Of a stretch of DNA of 50,352 nt, positions 27,565 through 36,332 are shown one piece after another. Below the pieces are notes generated by a model. That model was not told where the DNA came from. It worked only from the letters and a program-made list of their open reading frames with translations, and did not search any database. Source of the DNA: Rudaea sp. (GTDB taxonomy: Bacteria; Pseudomonadota; Gammaproteobacteria; Xanthomonadales; Rhodanobacteraceae); the NCBI GenBank assembly GCA_035693405.1, contig DASSGP010000009.1, positions 1-50,352 on the forward strand. The letters are read 5' to 3'. A program made the position numbers and the translations under genes. Within the stretch, counting starts at the first letter, position 1. The number at the start of each line of letters is the position of its first letter.

Positions 27565-29784
27565 TCAAACGCCCGCGTTGGTCTTCAACACCTCATCGAT
27601 CGGTGCGGCAACACCAAAGTAATCGCCCTGACCCCAGCTGACCCCAAGTTCCTCCAGGCACTTGGCAATCTCGCGGTTCTCGACATATTCCGCCGTCGTG
27701 TCGGCGCCACAGGCATGCGCCACTGCAACCGAGGCGCGTACAAGTTCGTAGTCACGCGCACGCGCCGTTATGCCGCGCACGAACGAGCCGTCGATCTTGA
27801 CGATATCGAATGGGAGCTCGCGCAGCCGTTCGAAGCTCTGCATGCCAATGCCAAAATCGTCCAAGGCGATGCCACAGCCGCGTCGGCGCAAGTCCTCCAG
27901 CAGGCGGCGTGCGTCGCTGAAGCGGGCGATGGCTTCGGTTTCGGTGATTTCGAAGCACAAGGATGCCGGCGGGACCGGCGCCTGGTCGATGAGTTTGAGG
28001 AGAGTCTGGCGGAAACTGTCCGAAGTTACGCTGCGCCCGGTCAGGTTGATACCCAGGCGCGGCAGATTGCCGCCAGTGTGCTTGCGCAGCCAGGCAAACA
28101 GGCAGTTGATCACGGCCAGGTCGAGTTCGACCGAGCGCCCGCGTACTTCGAGCTCGCGAATGAACGAGTTTGGCATCAGCAGTTTTCCGCCGACACCGAG
28201 CCGGCACAGGACTTCGCCATAGCGAATCGGCTGATCCGGCGGCTCGCCGATGCGTCTGATTGGCTGGAAGAACAATTCCAGTTCTCGCGCCCGAAGGTGT
28301 GACAGCGCGAGCGAAGCAATCGCCGAGGCGTCGCGATTGGCTGAACTCGCGTCTCCAAGAAGCGCAGGCTGCGCGCGCACGGGATGCATGTCGCCATGCA
28401 TGGCGGCATCCTGGGCGGCAGTCGATGCGGCGTCGAGGGCAGCTTCGATCCGCTCCTGCGCCGTGCCCTCGAGCGCGGAGACACCGAGGTACGGAGTCAA
28501 CCGCAAGCTCTCCCCGGCATAGCGAAAACTGTATTGCTCCAGGCGATGAAGGACGGCGTCCCATGCCTTCGGCGTTGCCGTGCCCTTCCAGATCAACGCG
28601 AATTGGCCGGTACCGACGTAGTAAGTCTCGACTTCGTCGGACAAATGTTTTGCCGTCTCCTGCATCAAGGCTTCCTGCACGCGCAGACCGAAGCCGCCGG
28701 CAAGGCGGTCGAGATTGGCGAGAGCCAGGTAGGCGATTTCCTGCGGCGGTGGCTTCATTCGCGACGCATCGCTGAAAAGGCCATTCAGATTCCGCAGCCC
28801 GGTGATTGCCTCGTGCTGTGATTCCTCGCGCAGGTTCGCGAGCGCGCTTTCGCCGTCGCGCCGCATGACCAGCAGCAGCACGATCAATAGTTGCAGCACG
28901 CTGAGTTCGAACGCGGCCTTGAGCAATTTCAGGACACCCGCCAACTCGTCCATCCGTGGCGCGGACTCGGCCAGGGAAAACAGCAGCAGCATCTGGACCG
29001 ACATCAGGATCGGCACGACAATGTTCGGGCGCAGACGCAACGCGCACCAGGCCAGGATCGCGATCAGCACGAATCGATAGCTGAGAATCGAAGCGAGTGG
29101 ATCGTGCGGCCCGGAACCTGGTCCATGCAGGGTGAACGAGGCAAGCAGGTTGGCGGCGGCTCCGAGCAGAAGCACCGCCAAAACCATGCTGTCCGATTCG
29201 AAACGGCGGCGCGCGCCGAAGTGCTCGCCGAGCAGCAGCAGCAGCGGCAAGGTCACGACCGAAACGCCGAAGTGCTGAGCGAACAGGGTTTGCACGGCGT
29301 CGTTGAGCGCAAATGCCGGCTCCCATACCGGAATCCGCAGTGTCATGGCGTAGTCGAGCACCGCCCATCCCAACGGGTATAGCAACAGGCCATACAGCGC
29401 GAAGCGCGCCAGGTCGCCGCGGCGGATTTGTTGCTCGGCCGCCGGGCGAGGCCAGCCCATACGTTGGGCAGACCAGACGGTCCATGCATACATCAATGCG
29501 TACAGCACCGTCGTGAGGATCAGAATTGCAAGACCGTAACCTTGTCCCCAGGCATGCCACAACCTGCCGAGAAAAACGAAGACGAAGGCCGTGCGCAGGT
29601 AGATGCGGTCCAGGTAAGACATCGCGAGTGCGAGAAGCAAGCCCGTATGCAGATGGACCAGTGATCCGGAGGCGTTATAGCCGAGCAGATCAATCTGATA
29701 GTCGATGGACCATTGCTGCAGCAACAATGCTCCTGCTCCGACAAGCAGCGCTGTCAACGCACGGCGGGCGCTTCGCGTAGCCAT
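27565..29784 (-). CDS. Multi-TM (MASE1-like) degenerate-GGDEF/EAL c-di-GMP phosphodiesterase
   Basis: Many TM helices; GGDEF degenerate ('VGTGQF'); EAL motifs 'FQPI', 'EVLCR', 'FEITET', 'DDFGIG', 'KIDGSF', 'AEYVE', 'QGDY'. Confidence 0.88.
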   Translation of the reverse strand: MATRSARRALTALLVGAGALLLQQWSIDYQIDLLGYNASGSLVHLHTGLLLALAMSYLDRIYLRTAFVFVFLGRLWHAWGQGYGLAILILTTVLYALMYAWTVWSAQRMGWPRPAAEQQIRRGDLARFALYGLLLYPLGWAVLDYAMTLRIPVWEPAFALNDAVQTLFAQHFGVSVVTLPLLLLLGEHFGARRRFESDSMVLAVLLLGAAANLLASFTLHGPGSGPHDPLASILSYRFVLIAILAWCALRLRPNIVVPILMSVQMLLLFSLAESAPRMDELAGVLKLLKAAFELSVLQLLIVLLLVMRRDGESALANLREESQHEAITGLRNLNGLFSDASRMKPPPQEIAYLALANLDRLAGGFGLRVQEALMQETAKHLSDEVETYYVGTGQFALIWKGTATPKAWDAVLHRLEQYSFRYAGESLRLTPYLGVSALEGTAQERIEAALDAASTAAQDAAMHGDMHPVRAQPALLGDASSANRDASAIASLALSHLRARELELFFQPIRRIGEPPDQPIRYGEVLCRLGVGGKLLMPNSFIRELEVRGRSVELDLAVINCLFAWLRKHTGGNLPRLGINLTGRSVTSDSFRQTLLKLIDQAPVPPASLCFEITETEAIARFSDARRLLEDLRRRGCGIALDDFGIGMQSFERLRELPFDIVKIDGSFVRGITARARDYELVRASVAVAHACGADTTAEYVENREIAKCLEELGVSWGQGDYFGVAAPIDEVLKTNAGV

Positions 29785-30150
29785 GCGGTCAGGAGCCGGC
29801 GGCGGCAGCTACGGCATTGCGAAACGGGCAGCTGACGGACTGAACGTCTTCGTCGCAGTGGCCACGCGCTACGACGCCGCACCCAGCTGGGCGCCGGCCG
29901 CGTGGTTTGTCGAGGCAGGCAGAACAAGTCGCGGCAGCAATCGTGCCATCGTCATACATGAGCATCCCCGCGCAGGACCGGGGAACGAAGCACCCCACTT
30001 CGTTCGCGCCTGCCGCTCTTGTAAGGAGCCCGTGAATACTCTCACTAATAACCACCAGCGGCAACAACGCAGGATCGACCCAGGTCGATTCTGCGACCAC
30101 CTCGCGCTGGATCGGGATTTGCACGACCGGAGCGTTGCCGAATCGGGAAG

Positions 30151-30174
30151 AAAAAATGGGTCAGGTTCATTTTC
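30151..30174. repeat. AAATGGGTCAG..CATTTTC element, copy 2
   Basis: AAAAAATGGGTCAGGTTCATTTTC, similar to 24598-24620. Confidence 0.45.
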
Positions 30175-30271
30175 TAGTCCACCGTGTCGGGAATATCCGC
30201 TTCGCCGCACCTGCGACACCGTTCGCTGCTCGGAATTCGCCGCAGGCGCGTCGATAAGGCAAACTCGCAGC

Positions 30272-31345
30272 GTGACCACGCGCGCGCCTCTCGCCAATTC
30301 GATCCTGCCGTTCGCCGCGGCATTCTGGAGTGTGTTCGGCGTCGTCGCCGGGATCCTGGTCTGGATCAGCATGCTCACGCACGGCCATTCGCCGCCGCTT
30401 CTGCTGGGCTATCACCTGCTCGTGTGGCTCGGTTGGCTCGGGCCGACCTACGTTATTGTCTGGCTTGCCCGACGTTTTCCGGTGCTCCCGCCGCGTCCCT
30501 CCGCGATCGGGGTACACGTGCTGGCCGCGACCGCAATTGCGCTGCTGCATTCGCTGTACGGGCTCGTTCTGATGGTGTTGATGCGGCCGTATGACCGGAG
30601 GACGGCGAGTCCCTCGGATCTGCACGTGGGGGAGATCTTGCTCTCGCAACTGCCGCTCGAATGGATCCTCTACTGCCTCGTGCTCGGCGCCGTTCTCGCC
30701 TTCGAGTTCTACCGGCGTTATCACGAGCGCGCGCTGCTGGCCGCGCAGCTGGAGCACTCGCTCGCCGACGCGCGCCTGCATGCGCTGGAGCTGCAGCTGC
30801 AACCCCACTTTCTGTTCAACACACTCAACGCGATCGCCGGACTCGTGCGTGGCAACCGCAAGGAACAGGCGGTGACGATGATCGCCGGGCTCGCGGACCT
30901 GCTGCGCTACTCGCTCGACCACGCCGGCCGCCAGCGCGTGCCACTGGCCGAAGAGATCGGCATGCTCGCACGCTATCTCGAGATAGAGAATGCGCGCTTT
31001 CCAGACCGCATGTCGTTCACGATCTCGGTGGCAGAAGACGCCGAGCGCGCGGCGGTGCCGATCCTGATCCTGCAGCCGCTGGCCGAAAACGCCGTGCGCC
31101 ACGGCATTGCGCGTACGGCCACCGCCGGCTCGATCGAGGTGGAAGCCCGCCGTGTTGGCGAGCGCCTGCAAATCAGCATGCGCAACAGCGGAAATCTCGA
31201 CGCTGCGTCGGTCGACGGCATCGGACTGAAGAACACGCGCGAGCGGCTCGCCAATCTCTACGGCGGAGCGGGCCATTTTGAACTGTCCCAGCGCGAAGGC
31301 GGCGTGCTCGCGGTCCTCGACCTGCCTTGGACCGCGGCCGGGTGA
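30272..31345 (+). CDS. LytS/YehU-family membrane sensor histidine kinase
   Basis: TM helices; 'LELQLQPHFLFNTLNAI', 'LRYSL', 'LQPLAENAVRHG', 'GIGLKNTRERL'; GTG start inferred. Confidence 0.92.
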   Translation: MTTRAPLANSILPFAAAFWSVFGVVAGILVWISMLTHGHSPPLLLGYHLLVWLGWLGPTYVIVWLARRFPVLPPRPSAIGVHVLAATAIALLHSLYGLVLMVLMRPYDRRTASPSDLHVGEILLSQLPLEWILYCLVLGAVLAFEFYRRYHERALLAAQLEHSLADARLHALELQLQPHFLFNTLNAIAGLVRGNRKEQAVTMIAGLADLLRYSLDHAGRQRVPLAEEIGMLARYLEIENARFPDRMSFTISVAEDAERAAVPILILQPLAENAVRHGIARTATAGSIEVEARRVGERLQISMRNSGNLDAASVDGIGLKNTRERLANLYGGAGHFELSQREGGVLAVLDLPWTAAG

Positions 31346-32130
31346 GCAGCGCGACGCCCGCGATGTTCCGCGTGCTGATCGTCGATGACGAGACCCTCGC
31401 ACGCGAAGGGATCGCCACTCTGCTCGAGAGCGACGCGGAGGTGATCGTCGCGGGCGCTGCTTCCGGCGTCGACGCAGCCGCGCTAATCGCGCGGGTTAGG
31501 CCCGACATCCTGTTCCTCGATATCCAGATGCCCGAGGTCGACGGTTTCGCACTGCTCCAGCAGATCGGCGCAGACGCGGTGCCTGCGATCGTCTTTGTCA
31601 CTGCGTTCGACAGCTATGCAGTGCGTGCATTCGAAGTGCACGCGCTCGACTATCTCTTGAAGCCTTTCACCGACGCGCGCTTCGTGGCCGCGCTCGCGCG
31701 CGCGAAGCAGCAGGTGCTGGCTCGCCGCGAGGGCGCGCTCGACGCGCGCATCGCCGACCTGCTGCGTGCGCGCCAGGCTCCGCGCACGCGGTTCCTCGTG
31801 CCGGCGCGCGGCAAGACCGTGGTGGTCGACGCGTCCGAGATCGACTGGATCGAAGCTGCCGACTACTACGTGTGCCTGCATTGCGGCGGCGCGAACCATC
31901 TGCTGCGCGAGACGATGGACGACATCGAGAGCCGGCTCGATCCGCAGCAGTTCTTCCGCGTGCACCGTTCGGCGATCGTGAACCTTGCGCGCGTGCGCGA
32001 AATCCACCCATTGTTTCGCGGGGATTGCGAGCTCCGGTTGGCAGACGGTGTCGCGGTGCGCTTGAGCCGAAATCGGCGGCGCGCGTTCGAAGCCAGGTTC
32101 GCGCAGGTCGGGGATCGCGGGCCGGATTGA
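31342..32130 (+). CDS. LytTR-family response regulator
   Basis: GTGA overlap with the kinase stop; 'VDDETLAR', 'FLDIQMP', 'ALDYLLKP', LytTR 'FFRVHRSAIVN'. Confidence 0.93.
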   Translation: MSSATPAMFRVLIVDDETLAREGIATLLESDAEVIVAGAASGVDAAALIARVRPDILFLDIQMPEVDGFALLQQIGADAVPAIVFVTAFDSYAVRAFEVHALDYLLKPFTDARFVAALARAKQQVLARREGALDARIADLLRARQAPRTRFLVPARGKTVVVDASEIDWIEAADYYVCLHCGGANHLLRETMDDIESRLDPQQFFRVHRSAIVNLARVREIHPLFRGDCELRLADGVAVRLSRNRRRAFEARFAQVGDRGPD

Positions 32131-32157
32131 GTTAAGGAAGGTCCAAAAGTCTTTGCT

Positions 32158-32237
32158 CGTCATTCCAGCGAAGGCTGGAATCCAGTTCTTGCAATGACCT
32201 GGAGAAGGGCTGGATCCCAGCCTTCGATGGGATGACG
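32158..32237. repeat. Inverted pair of CGTC-type REP elements
   Basis: CGTCATTCCAGCGAAGGCTGGAATCCAG (32158-32185) and its near reverse complement CTGGATCCCAGCCTTCGATGGGATGACG (32210-32237). Confidence 0.8.
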
Positions 32238-32358
32238 GCTTGATTTGACTTTCCATAACGCGCCCGTTGGCCGCATGCGGTCGACGGTTGGCTGCAAATG
32301 CCTATCGCCGGTCGGCGTCTCGATGCACTGTGGGGCCAGGCCACTACCGGAGCAGCCC

Positions 32359-33315
32359 ATGAAGTTGTCATCGTTCGCCGTAGCGTGTCTGTTGTTTGCA
32401 CTCTCGATCGCCAGAGCCTCCGCCGCCGGCGATCCGCGCAGCGAGATGGTCGTCGACGCCCAATGGCTCGCCGCGCACGTCAAGGACCCGGACATGATCC
32501 TGCTGCACGTCGGCGACGCCGACGAATACGCGGTCGGCCACATTCCCGGCGCGCGCCTCGTGACGCTCGACGATATCTCGGTATCCGAGCACACGAAGAC
32601 AGGTCTGATGCTGCAGATGCCCACCGACGAGGATCTCCGCGCGCGGCTGAAGAAGCTCGGCATCTCCGATGACTCGCGGATCGTCGTGTACTACGGGAAG
32701 GACTGGGTCAGCCCGAGCACGCGCGTCGTCTTCACGCTGCAATATGCGGGGCTCGGCGACCACACGAAGCTGCTCGACGGCGGCATGGGCGCATGGGTGC
32801 GCGCAGGCGGAGCGCTAAGCAAGGACGCCGCGTCCGCGCAGCCGGGGAAACTTTCACCGCTGCGCGTGCAGCCGATCGTGGTCGATCGCGAATACGTTCG
32901 CGCGCACCTCGCCGCGCCCGGCGTCACGATAGTCGACGGCCGCGCCACGGCGTACTACGACGGTGTCGAGGTCGGCGGCGCGCATGGACAGCGCGATCGC
33001 GTCGGCCACATCAAGGGCGCGCGCAGTATTCCATTCACCGAGATCACTGACGAGCGCCTGATGCTCAAATCGCAAGCCGAGCTCCGGGCGCTGTTCGACC
33101 GCGCGGGCGTCGCGCCAGGCGACACCGTGGTCGGCTACTGTCATATCGGACAGCAGGCGACCGCGATGCTGTTCGCGGCGCGGCTGCTCGGCCATCCGGT
33201 GCTGCTCTACGATGGCTCGTTCCAGGACTGGTCGCGCGGTGACGATGCGCCGGTCGAAGCTTCAGTTGCGAAACGCACTCCAGGAGCCGGCACGCCAGGA
33301 GCCGGCACGCCATGA
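32359..33315 (+). CDS. Exported tandem-domain rhodanese/sulfurtransferase
   Basis: Signal peptide 'MKLSSFAVACLLFALSIARASA'; 'GHIPGAR', 'LLDGG..AW', 'GHIKGA', active loop 'YCHIGQQA', 'LYDGSFQDW'. Confidence 0.92.
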   Translation: MKLSSFAVACLLFALSIARASAAGDPRSEMVVDAQWLAAHVKDPDMILLHVGDADEYAVGHIPGARLVTLDDISVSEHTKTGLMLQMPTDEDLRARLKKLGISDDSRIVVYYGKDWVSPSTRVVFTLQYAGLGDHTKLLDGGMGAWVRAGGALSKDAASAQPGKLSPLRVQPIVVDREYVRAHLAAPGVTIVDGRATAYYDGVEVGGAHGQRDRVGHIKGARSIPFTEITDERLMLKSQAELRALFDRAGVAPGDTVVGYCHIGQQATAMLFAARLLGHPVLLYDGSFQDWSRGDDAPVEASVAKRTPGAGTPGAGTP

Positions 33316-33833
33316 GCCGGCACCGCACACCGCGCGCTTACGCCGATCCGTACCTCGCGGGCGCGGGGCTTGGCCTGGTGCTGCTCGCGGCGTTCGTCCT
33401 GGTCGGCCGCGGGCTCGGCGCATCGGGTGCATTCGCGAGCACCGCCGCCGGCGCAGTCGCGGCGATCGCGCCGGAACGCGCTGCCGCGAGCCCGCTGTTT
33501 TCGCATTACCTCGATGGCCAGGGCCCGTGGCTCGAGTGGTTGAGCTTCGAACTCGCCGGTGTACTGCTCGGCGCCTGGATCTCGGCGGCGCTCGCGGGAC
33601 GATTGCGCGTGGAGGTGGAGCGGCCTGCGGCGATTGCGCGCGGATCGCGCCTCACGCTCGCCTTCGGCGGTGGCGTCGCGATGGCGGCCGGCGCGGCGCT
33701 CGCACGCGGCTGCACGAGCGGACAGGCGCTGACCGGTGGCGCGCTGCTGAGTGTCGGCGGATGGCTGTTCCTGTGCGTCGCGTTCGCGACAGCGCATGCG
33801 CTTGCGCCGCTCGTGCGGAGATTGTGGTCATGA
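33312..33833 (+). CDS. YeeE/YedE-family sulfur transporter, half 1
   Basis: 'PYLAG.GLGL', 'GLGASG', 'ARGCTSGQALTGG'; ATGA overlap. Confidence 0.88.
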   Translation: MSRHRTPRAYADPYLAGAGLGLVLLAAFVLVGRGLGASGAFASTAAGAVAAIAPERAAASPLFSHYLDGQGPWLEWLSFELAGVLLGAWISAALAGRLRVEVERPAAIARGSRLTLAFGGGVAMAAGAALARGCTSGQALTGGALLSVGGWLFLCVAFATAHALAPLVRRLWS

Positions 33834-34405
33834 GCGCGCCGCTGATCGGCGAGGGGACGCTCGGCGCGTCGCTCGCCGCAGCGGTCGCGCTCGGGGCGGG
33901 TTTCGGCTTCGCACTCGAGCGCGCGGGCCTGGGCAGCGCGCTCAAGCTCATCGGGCAGTTCTACGGCCGCGACCTCGCGGTGATGAAGGTGATGTTCAGC
34001 GCGCTGATCGTGGCGATGCTCGGCGTGTTCTGGCTCAGCCGCTTCGGCCTGCTCGACCTGCGCGCCGTCTACGTGCCGCTGACGTACCTGTGGCCGCAAC
34101 TTCTCGGCGGACTGTTGTTCGGTGCCGGGCTCGTGATCGCGGGGCTCTGTCCCGGAACCGCCTGCGTTGCGGCCGCAACCGGCCGCGTCGACGGCGTGTT
34201 CGTGGTGTTGGGTTTTTTCGCCGGCATGGTCGGCGTCGGCTTGCTGCTCGATGGTTTCGCGGCCTTCTATGAAAGCGGCGCGCACGGCGCGTGGACCTTG
34301 CCGGAGCTGACTGGCTTGCCCTACGGCGCCGTGGTCGCAGCGGTGGTCGTTCTTGCACTCGTGGCGTTCGCGGGCGCCGAGTGGATCGAGCGGCGCGTGC
34401 GATGA
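33830..34405 (+). CDS. YeeE/YedE-family sulfur transporter, half 2
   Basis: 'GFGFALERAG', 'D.AVMKVMF', 'GG.LFG.G...AGLCPGT', 'GRVDG'; ATGA overlap. Confidence 0.88.
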   Translation: MSAPLIGEGTLGASLAAAVALGAGFGFALERAGLGSALKLIGQFYGRDLAVMKVMFSALIVAMLGVFWLSRFGLLDLRAVYVPLTYLWPQLLGGLLFGAGLVIAGLCPGTACVAAATGRVDGVFVVLGFFAGMVGVGLLLDGFAAFYESGAHGAWTLPELTGLPYGAVVAAVVVLALVAFAGAEWIERRVR

Positions 34406-34920
34406 GGCGCCACGCTCGCACTATGCTGGCGCTGCTCGCGCTGGTCACAGGAACGCTCGCGGCAATCGCGGGAAACGTAGTTCCGCCACCCGCTGCGGAT
34501 GAGGTTTCCGCTGTCGATCTTGCGCAGTGGATCCGCGACCAGCGGCCCGGGTTGCTTATCGTCGACCTGCGCACCGCGGAGGCTTTCGATCGCGATCGAC
34601 TCCCGGGCGCGCGCCTGATCGCGGACCTCGACGCCGATACGCTGCGCGCGGCCGATAGCGTTGTCGTCTACTCCGATGCGCGCGCCGACGGCGCGGCGTT
34701 GCGCGGGCTGTCGAACGTGCCGCGCGTGCTCCGCCTTCACGGCGGCATCGCAGCGTGGAACGAAGAGGTACTTTTCCCCGTGATTCGTGCCGACGCAAGC
34801 GCGCGGCAGCAGCGCGACTTCGCGACGCGCGCCATGCTCAGCCGCTATTTCGGAGGCTCGCCGCGCCTGCTCGATCCCGGCGCGTTGCCCGCGCGCGCCC
34901 GGAGCCGGCACGGATGTTGA
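34402..34920 (+). CDS. Membrane-anchored/exported rhodanese-like protein lacking the loop Cys, with C-terminal Cys
   Basis: Hydrophobic N-terminus; 'IVDLR', 'LPGA', 'VVVYSD', 'LHGGIAAW'; ends 'RSRHGC'; ATGA overlap. Confidence 0.8.
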   Translation: MRRHARTMLALLALVTGTLAAIAGNVVPPPAADEVSAVDLAQWIRDQRPGLLIVDLRTAEAFDRDRLPGARLIADLDADTLRAADSVVVYSDARADGAALRGLSNVPRVLRLHGGIAAWNEEVLFPVIRADASARQQRDFATRAMLSRYFGGSPRLLDPGALPARARSRHGC

Positions 34921-36305
34921 CCCACGCGACCGTTCGCGAGCTCGATTCGCCGGCACCTTCGCGCGACGGCTTCGATTTCGCCGCGCTGCGCCGCCGCGAG
35001 TTCGCCCGGCTCGACGCGCGACGCCACTGCTATCTCGACTACACCGGCAGCGCGTTGTACGGCGTGTCCCAGATTCGTGCGCACATGCGCCTTTTGCGAA
35101 CCGGCGTGTTCGGCAATCCGCACTCCGAATCGAGTACCGCGCGCGCGAGCACCGCGATCATCGAGCGTGCGCGCGATGCCGTGCTGCGCTTTTTCGACGT
35201 CGACGATGCGAGCCACGTGGTGTGCTTCTGCGCGAACGCCAGCGCCGCGATCAAGCTGGTCGCCGAGAGCTATCCGTTCGGCCCGCGGCGCCAATTGCTG
35301 CTGTCTGCCGACAATCACAATTCGGTCAACGGCATTCGCGAGTACGCGCGCGCCGCGGGCGCGCCGCAGCGCATCCTGCCGCTCGACGCCGGGCTCGCAC
35401 TCGAGCGACCGGAGCAGGCGCTCGCCGAGTCTGCGCGCGACGGCGCCGGTTTGTTCGCGTTTCCGGCGCAGTCGAACTTTTCAGGCGTGCGACATCCGCT
35501 CGCACTGGTGAGTCATGCGCGCGCACTCGGTTTCGACGTGTTGCTCGATTGCGCCGCGTTCATCCCGAGCCATCCCCTGAGCTTGCGCGACTGTCCTGCG
35601 GATTTCGCGGCACTCTCGTTCTACAAGCTTTTCGGCTACCCGACCGGCCTGGGCGCCCTGGTGATGCGGCGTGATGTGATGCATAAGCTCCGGCGCCCAT
35701 GGTTCGCCGGCGGCACCGTACGCTTCGCATCAGTGGGCGCCGACCTGCATCGGCTGCAGGACGGCGCCGAAGGGTTCGAGGATGGCACGCCCGATTTCCT
35801 CGGCATCGCGGCTTTGCCGGCGGGGTTCGCATTGCTGAAGCAGGTCGGAATGACCCAACTTCGCGCGCATGTGGCGCGGCTGACAGACGCGCTGCTCGAC
35901 GGGCTCATGAGACTGCGCCGCGACGACGGCTCGCCGTTGATCCGGATCTACGGCCCGCGCCGAGTCGACGCGCGCGGCGGCGCGGTGAGCTTCAACGTGC
36001 TCGATGCGAGCGGATGTCCGTTACCTTACGCGACAGTCGAGGCCGCCGCACGCGAGACCGGAATCTCGGTGCGTGGCGGTTGCTTCTGCAACCCCGGCGC
36101 GGCGGAAGCCGCATTCGGCGTGGAGCCCGCGCGATTGAAACGATGCCTGACGATGCTCGGCAGCGAGTTTACGCCCGAGCGCTTTTCCGCGTGCGCCGGT
36201 ACCGAAGTCGGCGCGATACGCGCCTCGCTGGGCCTGGCCAGCAACGACGACGACATTGCTCGATTGCTCGGGTTGCTCGTCGGCTTTCGCACGACGCGCC
36301 GCTGA
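34914..36305 (+). CDS. Class V PLP enzyme, molybdenum-cofactor-sulfurase (NifS-domain)-like cysteine desulfurase
   Basis: 'YLDYTG', 'GNPHS', 'DNHNSVNGIRE', 'PAQSNFSG', 'SFYKLFGYPTGLG' (PLP Lys), 'FEDGT', 'RGGCFCNPG' (persulfide Cys), 'GAIRASLG'. Confidence 0.88.
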   Translation: MLTHATVRELDSPAPSRDGFDFAALRRREFARLDARRHCYLDYTGSALYGVSQIRAHMRLLRTGVFGNPHSESSTARASTAIIERARDAVLRFFDVDDASHVVCFCANASAAIKLVAESYPFGPRRQLLLSADNHNSVNGIREYARAAGAPQRILPLDAGLALERPEQALAESARDGAGLFAFPAQSNFSGVRHPLALVSHARALGFDVLLDCAAFIPSHPLSLRDCPADFAALSFYKLFGYPTGLGALVMRRDVMHKLRRPWFAGGTVRFASVGADLHRLQDGAEGFEDGTPDFLGIAALPAGFALLKQVGMTQLRAHVARLTDALLDGLMRLRRDDGSPLIRIYGPRRVDARGGAVSFNVLDASGCPLPYATVEAAARETGISVRGGCFCNPGAAEAAFGVEPARLKRCLTMLGSEFTPERFSACAGTEVGAIRASLGLASNDDDIARLLGLLVGFRTTRR

Positions 36306-36332
36306 TCACATCCCGGATGCGATCGTTCAGAG

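Noticed and set aside
25681-29560. Long ORFs 25681-27195 (+) and 27752-29560 (-)
   Set aside because: They overlap well-supported genes and have Arg-rich, motif-free translations.
29705-30271. 189-aa N-terminal extension of the LytS kinase ORF
   Set aside because: It overlaps the divergent EAL gene start, crosses a repeat element and looks non-coding; start moved to 30272.
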